The position numbers and the translations under genes are program-made. The notes beneath the pieces were generated by a model. That model was not told the origin of the DNA. It searched no databases and saw only the letters and a program-made list of their open reading frames with translations. This document shows, piece after piece, positions 57,707 through 64,000 of a stretch of 64,000 nucleotides of DNA. Source of the stretch: an uncultured Gammaproteobacteria bacterium (GTDB lineage Bacteria > Pseudomonadota > Gammaproteobacteria > CAWCPV01); the NCBI GenBank assembly GCA_963797555.1, contig CAWCPV010000004.1, positions 288,001 through 352,000 of the forward strand. Direction: 5' to 3'. Position 1 is the first letter of the stretch. Each line of letters starts with the position of its first letter.

Positions 57707-57931
57707 TCAGCGGTTGTAGCGCACGATGAAGAGTGCCGACAGTGGCACAGATTGGGTCCACTCCTCCTCGTAAGCCGCATCGTGGGTGAACACGGCAAAA
57801 TCATCGTGCACCTCCACGAGCTTGAACGGCCCTTTGTCGAGCAGCATGAACTCGAAGAGCGGCCGCTCATGCGTGGCGGACAGCGTCCCGCGTTGGCCGA
57901 TCAAGTCCTCCAGATAGTCCCGAAAGATCAT
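57707..57931 (-). CDS. Small hypothetical protein (74 aa)
   Basis: AAGGAGG RBS; globular composition. Confidence 0.65.
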   Translation of the reverse strand: MIFRDYLEDLIGQRGTLSATHERPLFEFMLLDKGPFKLVEVHDDFAVFTHDAAYEEEWTQSVPLSALFIVRYNR

Positions 57932-58045
57932 TATGCCAAGCCTCCTTCGCCCAACAATTCCTGACCGCGGCGCAAAGCCGTGCTCGAGCTACTCGGCGGG
58001 CTACAGAGCAGGGCCGCTAAGGGCCGCAGGCCGATCGGCAAGATT

Positions 58046-58690
58046 TCAACGGCGCCCCAGCAGCACGTACACGGCCCCGGTACCGCCGTCCGCCGGTCTG
58101 GCCGAGCAAAACGCCAGCACCTCCTCGCGTTGCTGCAGCCACCTCTCCACCACGCCCTTGAGCACGGGCCGGCGGCCCGGTGAGCCGCGCCCCTTTCCGT
58201 GCACGATACGCACGCATCGCACCCCATCCCGCAAGCTGTCCCCGAGGAATCCTGCGAGGGCGGCGCGGGCCACTGGGACCCTCATCCCGTGCAGATCGAT
58301 CTCGCCCTGCACGCTGAACTGACCCCTTCGAAGCTTACGCAGCAGCCCTTGCTGCAAACCGGCTCGCCGATACCACAGCTCCTCCCCCGTCTCCAGCTCG
58401 GCTACCGCCGGGTCGATGGTCAACAACTCTCGGAGCACCTGCGCGTCATCGAGGCTACGTTGCGCGGGAATCGGGGGTGGCGCAAGAGCGTGCCAGGTGA
58501 TCCGGTCACTTTCTATGCGGTTCACGGGACCGACCGTTTGGCGAAAAAGCAGCGCTTCGTCGGCTGCGACCCCTGCATCGGACTCCGCTCGCGTTGCGTT
58601 CGGGCGGCTGTGTCCGAGTGCCCGCAGAAGCTCGCCCCGCAGAGCCCCAGGGGGGGGCTGCCCGGCTTTGGATCGACGGTCGGCGCTCAT
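58046..58690 (-). CDS. Smr-domain endonuclease (SmrA-like)
   Basis: LRKLRRG, IDLHG, IVHGKG, GGTGAVYVLL. Confidence 0.92.
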   Translation of the reverse strand: MSADRRSKAGQPPPGALRGELLRALGHSRPNATRAESDAGVAADEALLFRQTVGPVNRIESDRITWHALAPPPIPAQRSLDDAQVLRELLTIDPAVAELETGEELWYRRAGLQQGLLRKLRRGQFSVQGEIDLHGMRVPVARAALAGFLGDSLRDGVRCVRIVHGKGRGSPGRRPVLKGVVERWLQQREEVLAFCSARPADGGTGAVYVLLGRR

Positions 58691-58704
58691 GCGGTTACCC
58701 ACAG

Positions 58705-59439
58705 TCACTGGGCGTTGAAGGCCCCGCCGCTGACGCCGCGGCTGTCTGGGCCCATCAGGTACAGGTATCCACTCATGGTGGCTTCGGGTGTCTTGAGACG
58801 CCCCGGATCCTCCCCAGGATAGGCCCGGGCACGCAGCCCGGTCCGCACCGGACCGGGATCGATGCTGTTGCAGCGCACGCCGGCGGTCTCGAGCTCGTCC
58901 GCCCAGATCTGCATCAGCCCCTCCACAGCGAACTTGGAGACACCGTAAGCGCCCCAGTAGGCTCGCCCCTTACGCCCGACCGCACACGAGGTGAATAGTA
59001 GAGACGCATCCGGGGCTCTCTTCAGGAGCGCTTCGCATGCCCGGGTGAGCAGGAACGGCGCATTCAGGTTGACCCGCATTACCTGGTACCAGACCTTGGT
59101 GTCATAAAGGCCGAGCGGTGTCAGGGTTCCCAGCACCGCGGCGTTATGCAGCAGACCGTCGAGGCGTCCGAACTCGCGGTCGATCACTTGGGCCAACGCT
59201 TCGTAGTCGTCGACGGTGGCACCTGCCAAGTCCATTGGATAGATGGCGGGCTGTGGGCCGTCGGCGTCCACGATGGCGTCATAAACGCGGTTCAGCTTGG
59301 CCACCGTGCGACCTAGGAGGATGACGGTGGCGCCATGCTCAGCGAAGCTGAGCGACGCCGCCCGTCCCAGACCGTCGCCTGCCCCTGTCACCAGGATGAC
59401 GCGTCCCGTCAGCAGATGCGCCGCCGGGCGGTAGTCCAT
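58705..59439 (-). CDS. yciK: YciK-family short-chain oxidoreductase
   Basis: VTGAGDGLG, LLHNAAVLG, AYWGAYGVSK, RARAYPGEDP. Confidence 0.9.
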   Translation of the reverse strand: MDYRPAAHLLTGRVILVTGAGDGLGRAASLSFAEHGATVILLGRTVAKLNRVYDAIVDADGPQPAIYPMDLAGATVDDYEALAQVIDREFGRLDGLLHNAAVLGTLTPLGLYDTKVWYQVMRVNLNAPFLLTRACEALLKRAPDASLLFTSCAVGRKGRAYWGAYGVSKFAVEGLMQIWADELETAGVRCNSIDPGPVRTGLRARAYPGEDPGRLKTPEATMSGYLYLMGPDSRGVSGGAFNAQ

Positions 59440-59774
59440 GAGATGTTCCACAGCCAGCCCCATCCCCCGTCCCCCGCCCACGCACACCGCCGCGCGGCAT
59501 ACGCGGCCGGTGCCGCCACTCGATGCTCGACCCGATCCACAGCTCCCGTAACAGCGCGATCGCAATCCGACATGGCGGCGGGTGTTAGTTTCGCGACTCA
59601 GCGCTCCTCCCAGAGGGCCGAGCGTTGCCGGACGATCTCGTGCAGCTTCCCCCGGAAGGCAGGCGGGGCCGCCGGGGCGTTTCGTTCCCCCGCAGGGGGA
59701 GGGAGATCGCCCTGCGGCAGACAAGACTCGATCCGCTCGAAACGGCTCGCCCCCCGTAACACACGCCCGCCGGC

Positions 59775-60728
59775 TCATCGGACGCTGCGCTTGCGTCTGG
59801 AGACTGCCCTCCACCCGATCCAGACCCAATCTCTGGGGCCTAGGCCGGGTCTGGTAAATGGGTCCTGCCGTGTTTGCAGGCGCTGCAGCATGCATGCTGC
59901 GCTGGACAGCACCAGACGAACCTCCAGCCTCGCGCGCCCCTTGAGCGAGGCGGCGAGTGGGGCACCGGCGGCGAGCAGACGACGCACCCTGTCGAGCTGT
60001 AGCCCGACAAGCCGGAATAGAGGCTCGTCGCTGTAACGGCCGCGGAAATGTTCCTCGGTGACGCCGAAACGGGCCATCTCGTCCTGGGGCAGATAGATAC
60101 GACCGCGCTGATGATAGTCTGCCCCGACATTGCCGATGACCCGCATCAACTGGACCGCTGTGCAGATGGCATCAGCGCACGCGAGGGTGGGGGGGGTGGC
60201 GGTACGGTACAGGTGCAGCAGCAGGCGGCCGACGGGATTGGCCGTGCACCGGCAATAGTCGATGAGCTCGCGGAAGCTGGCGTAGCGCGTCCTCTCGACG
60301 TCCATGCGGCAACCTCGCAGAAGGTCGTAAAACGCCTCGGTGGGCAAGGGATGGCGCGCAAGAACGTGTGCCAATGCCACGAAGAGGGCATCGGTCAGGG
60401 TCCCGCCTGCCTTTAGGATATCAAGCTTGGCCTCCAGCCCGGCCAACGCCATGATGCGCTCCTCGGCGGTCTGTTCGCTGCGACTGGCCAAGTCGGTCGC
60501 CGTCCGCGTAAAGGCGTAGATCACGGTTACGGGCTTGCGTAGTTCCCGAGGTAACAGAAGCGAGGCGACCGGAAAGTTCTCGTAATGGCAGCGGGCGAGT
60601 GCCAGGCAGTGCGCGTAAGCATCCTGGAGCCGCAGGGTCGCGGATGGCGCCTGGGCTCGTTGCACGTCCGGATAGGGCGTCGGGACGGCGGGGGGAGGGT
60701 TGGAGTGAGTTGGGTCCATGCGCATCAT
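59775..60728 (-). CDS. Squalene synthase HpnC-like protein with degenerate catalytic motifs
   Basis: HYENFPVAS, YC..TANPVGRL, GRIYLP. The Asp-rich motifs are replaced. Confidence 0.85.
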   Translation of the reverse strand: MMRMDPTHSNPPPAVPTPYPDVQRAQAPSATLRLQDAYAHCLALARCHYENFPVASLLLPRELRKPVTVIYAFTRTATDLASRSEQTAEERIMALAGLEAKLDILKAGGTLTDALFVALAHVLARHPLPTEAFYDLLRGCRMDVERTRYASFRELIDYCRCTANPVGRLLLHLYRTATPPTLACADAICTAVQLMRVIGNVGADYHQRGRIYLPQDEMARFGVTEEHFRGRYSDEPLFRLVGLQLDRVRRLLAAGAPLAASLKGRARLEVRLVLSSAACMLQRLQTRQDPFTRPGLGPRDWVWIGWRAVSRRKRSVR

Positions 60729-61400
60729 CCCGGCGGCCGAACAGTTGGCCCGGACCAGTGCTGGCGGCGTGTTGGGTCAAACAACCGATGGCGCCTCGCG
60801 CCCCGGTCCGCTGCCCGGGCAGGATGCTCGTCGACAGATCCTGGCGGTGCGCGGCGCCTGTTGTCAAGAACAGTCACAATAAACGGGCAGGGGAGCCATG
60901 CGGGTGGCACCACGGTCGCATCCAACTCCCTCGATGCGTCTCTTTGGCGCACGCAAAGCGAGACCACAGGGGTGGGCGCTGCGGGAGCGCCGGGGGTTCT
61001 TGGGGGGCGCAGACTCGCCAGGACCCGGGGGCCGTTGTGCGGGTCCCGGAGGAGTAGGTGGCCCGGAAAATCGCTCGGTACCGGGCCTCGCAGGCCCACG
61101 GTGGAATGCGCCCTCATCCGCGCATCCCAACGCCCCCGCTCCTGCGGCCCAAGCAGGGGTCCCTGCACCTCCGGGAGCACGCTGGCATGCGCGTCCTTCC
61201 AGGGCACCGCCGACTCAGAAAGGCCCCGAGCGTTCGGGCGTGCGCGAGCGCGACTCCCCTTCTTGGCACAACGTCCTCCCTATCGGGAAGTTGGGAGACA
61301 CTGGGACAGAATGCGGGGATGGTGGTGGTACCGCCGAGTCCGCCTGCGAGAATCAGTTAGAATAATAGACTTCGGAGTCGGACAGCAGAGAAGCGACCGC

Positions 61401-62468
61401 ATGCGACCGACGCAGGTCCTTTCGGTATTGGACAGGGAGTTCGTGAGTGCCCGCGAGGGACATCACACTCCGGTGATGTTGTGGGGGCCGCCCGGGGTCG
61501 GCAAGTCTCAAATGGTGGGGCAGGTAGCAGCTCGGCACGGCGTGCCCGTCCTCGACATCCGGCTGTCCCAGATGGAGCCCACCGACCTGCGCGGGATTCC
61601 GTTCAGAGTGGACAGCCGCGTGGAGTGGGCGGTGCCGGTCATGCTGCCCGACGGTCGGCGCCACGGACCGGAGGGTATCTTATTTCTGGACGAGATCACG
61701 TCTGCTGCACCTACGGTATCGGCCGCAGCCTATCAGCTCATATTGGATCGGCGCCTAGGCGAGTATCGCGTCCCGGACGGGTGGGCCATATTCGCTGCCG
61801 GCAACCGCCAGGGTGACCGCGGGGTCACCTACAGCATGCCGGCGCCGCTCGCCAACCGGTTCTCGCACTTCGAGGTTGCCACCCACCTCGACGACTGGGT
61901 CGCATGGGCGCACGACAACGGCATCGACGAGCGGGTCATCGCCTTCTTGCGTTTTCGCCCGGAACTGCTGTTTGACTTCGATCCGGCCCGCAATCCGGTC
62001 GCCTTCCCATCGCCGCGTTCCTGGGAGTTCGCTCATCGTGCCTTGCGGAAGTTCGGCGATCTGCCCGACTTGCTCTTGGGTGCTCTCCAGGGCTGCGTCG
62101 GCCCGGCGGCCGGACTTGAGCTCAAGGCATTTATCGACAACTGGGACAAGTTGCCCGACATCGATGGCATCCTGCGGGGCGAGGAAGTACCCGTACCCAA
62201 GGAAATCGACCTCCAGTACGCCGTCGCTTCGTCGCTGGTCGGGCGCGCGCGAAGAGCCAAGAACATCGGTGGCGCGGCCGCGGTATACGGGCACATCCTC
62301 AACTACGCGCGCCGCTTTCCACAACGCGAGATGGGGGTCATGCTCGTGACAGACATGCAGCGAGCCGTGGGCGAAGAGCTATTCCGGGTACCGGAGTTCA
62401 CTGAGTGGGCTCAGGCCGTGGCTGGCGTCATGCTGTTACCGACTGAACGGGCTGCACGAGCCCGCTGA
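61401..62468 (+). CDS. MoxR-like AAA+ ATPase
   Basis: GPPGVGKS, ILFLDE, AAGNR, PLANRF, PSPRSW. Confidence 0.9.
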   Translation: MRPTQVLSVLDREFVSAREGHHTPVMLWGPPGVGKSQMVGQVAARHGVPVLDIRLSQMEPTDLRGIPFRVDSRVEWAVPVMLPDGRRHGPEGILFLDEITSAAPTVSAAAYQLILDRRLGEYRVPDGWAIFAAGNRQGDRGVTYSMPAPLANRFSHFEVATHLDDWVAWAHDNGIDERVIAFLRFRPELLFDFDPARNPVAFPSPRSWEFAHRALRKFGDLPDLLLGALQGCVGPAAGLELKAFIDNWDKLPDIDGILRGEEVPVPKEIDLQYAVASSLVGRARRAKNIGGAAAVYGHILNYARRFPQREMGVMLVTDMQRAVGEELFRVPEFTEWAQAVAGVMLLPTERAARAR

Positions 62469-63688
62469 TGGGCTCCCGCGCCAGCCCCGATACTCCCCTG
62501 GTCATGCAGGATGACGTCGAAACCAAGCTGAGCGCGGCGCGCACCCACCTCATCCTGGACAAGCCCTTTCTGGGCGCGCTGGCCCTGAGGTTGCCCCTGG
62601 TGGCTGCCGACCCCGGGTGGTGCCGCACCACGGCAACCGACGCCCGCACCTTGTACTACAACCGAGAATACATCGGCGCGCTGACCCTGGCTCAAACCCA
62701 GTTCGTGCTCTCGCATGAGGCATTGCACTGCGCCTTGCTGCACTTCATGCGCCGCCAGCACCGCGTGAAACACCGCTGGGATGTGGCCTGTGATCACGCC
62801 GTCAATCCCCTGCTCGTGGCCGATGGCCTGAGGCCGCCACCGGGAACCTTGCTGGTGGACGGCTTTGAAGGCATGACCGCGGAGGAAATCTATCCCTTCA
62901 TCAAAGACCAGACGCAAGAACAGACCCTCGACCAGCACTTGTACGACGCCGAAGGCGGCGAGGGGGAATTACAGCCGCACCAGGACGGGAACCGAAGCCC
63001 CGAGCCGGACCAGAAGGCCGGCGGGGCTCCGCGGCCTGGGCCGCTGACGCCCGCTGAGCGGGAGGCGCTCAGCGTGCAGTGGGAACAGCGACTCGCGGGT
63101 GCGGCGCAGCAGGCGTTGCAGGCGGGGAAGCTGGGCGGGGCGATGGCGCGCATGGTGGATCACTTGCTCCAGCCGCAGCTCCCGTGGCGCATGCTGCTCG
63201 CACGCCACTTGAGTACCGTGGCCCGGGACGACTACAACTTCACCCGTCCGTCCTCGCGCCGCGAGGGCCCCGCGATCCTGCCGAGTCTACGCAGCAGCCA
63301 GGTGGACCTCGTGGTGGTGCTGGATACCAGCGGTTCCATCAGACAGGAGGAGATGCACGAGTTCCTCGCCGAGATCGATGCCATCAAGGGGCAAGTGCGC
63401 GCCCGCATCACTCTGCACACCTGCGACGCGCAACTGTCTCCGGACGGACCCTGGACCTACGAGCCATGGGAGCCGGTCGAGCTTCCTAAGCAGTTTCGGG
63501 GTGGCGGGGGTACCAGCTTCGTGCCCCCGTTCGAATGGATCGACAGTTGGGATATTCCACCCGGGCTCGTTATCTACTTCACCGACGCCCAAGGCGACTT
63601 CCCGCCTCAGGAGCCCCCTTACCCCGTCCTGTGGCTGGTCAAGGGAAAGACGAAGGTGCCCTGGGGGCAGCGCATCCAACTGAACTGA
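62468..63688 (+). CDS. DUF2201-type metallopeptidase plus vWA-like protein
   Basis: TTATD, HEALH (HEXXH), ACD.AVN, DTSGS (MIDAS), GGGGTSF.P, YFTD. Confidence 0.88.
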   Translation: MGSRASPDTPLVMQDDVETKLSAARTHLILDKPFLGALALRLPLVAADPGWCRTTATDARTLYYNREYIGALTLAQTQFVLSHEALHCALLHFMRRQHRVKHRWDVACDHAVNPLLVADGLRPPPGTLLVDGFEGMTAEEIYPFIKDQTQEQTLDQHLYDAEGGEGELQPHQDGNRSPEPDQKAGGAPRPGPLTPAEREALSVQWEQRLAGAAQQALQAGKLGGAMARMVDHLLQPQLPWRMLLARHLSTVARDDYNFTRPSSRREGPAILPSLRSSQVDLVVVLDTSGSIRQEEMHEFLAEIDAIKGQVRARITLHTCDAQLSPDGPWTYEPWEPVELPKQFRGGGGTSFVPPFEWIDSWDIPPGLVIYFTDAQGDFPPQEPPYPVLWLVKGKTKVPWGQRIQLN

Positions 63689-63804
63689 CAGGCTGCTCGT
63701 AACGTCAGCGAGCCTCGTGTCGATGTCGCTGTCGCGACGCATCGGATGATGTACCGACCTGTCCTGTTGGCCCGAAGCCGTAAAGAGAAGGCCCGGTGCG
63801 CCGC

Positions 63805-64000
63805 CCTACGGGGGAACCAAAGCCCCCGGAGATCTTCTGTTTGGCCTTGGGCAGGCGCACGTCGCGTTCGGCTTGGTTGTTATCGAAGGGGACACGGAGA
63901 TCGGTGAGAAAGCGCAAGGTGTCGTCGCGGCGTTCGCGCAGCGCTAGTGCGCACAACGCGCCATTCTCCTCCCGCAGTCGCTCCAGCTCTCCGGCCAGGC
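63805..64000 (-). pseudogene. IS66 transposase remnant with internal deletion
   Basis: Coiled-coil LERLREENGAL joined directly to LRFLTDLRVPFDNNQAERDVR.PK.KQKISGGF. Confidence 0.8.

Noticed and set aside
20284-60728. Functional link between the NDUFAF7-like and NDUFAF6-like genes
   Set aside because: They are about 38 kb apart across rearrangement junctions, and the midA-like gene is in its ordinary context.

Overview
GC-rich bacterial chromosomal window. Gene order (cca-midA-folM-folB-plsY-tsaD-rpsU-yqeY-dnaG-rpoD-tRNA-Ile2; ctpA; ubiE-ubiJ-ubiB; hslVU; glnA-ntrBC) suggests a gammaproteobacterium. There are three accessory zones. (1) 1-10 kb is a nest of broken IS elements (IS5 x2, ISL3 x3, IS1380, ISAzo13, ISKra4, one unclassified transposase) with a truncated nhaA. 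(2) 11.4-13.5 kb is a group II intron with non-canonical features in an attC-like hairpin. (3) 29.4-41.8 kb is a decayed island at tRNA-Ile2. It holds integrase and T5orf172 remnants, ISL3, a translationally coupled six-gene operon (RHH regulator, DUF6880-like, CcbP-like/TPR, small protein, Helicase_C_3-type partner, XPB helicase), RAYT/REP-like remnants on both sides of that operon, an irregular telomere-like (GGTGTCTGACCCTAACCTAA)n array and an IS4+DUF4338 element. Best candidates for something new: the XPB operon, its RAYT/REP-like brackets and the irregular array. Also notable are an out-of-context ftsH with anomalous third-position composition and an HpnC homolog lacking both Asp-rich motifs. 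A frameshift in essential rpoD shows the assembly has indel errors, so single frameshifts are not proof of pseudogenes. All family assignments are by motif recognition; no searches were run.
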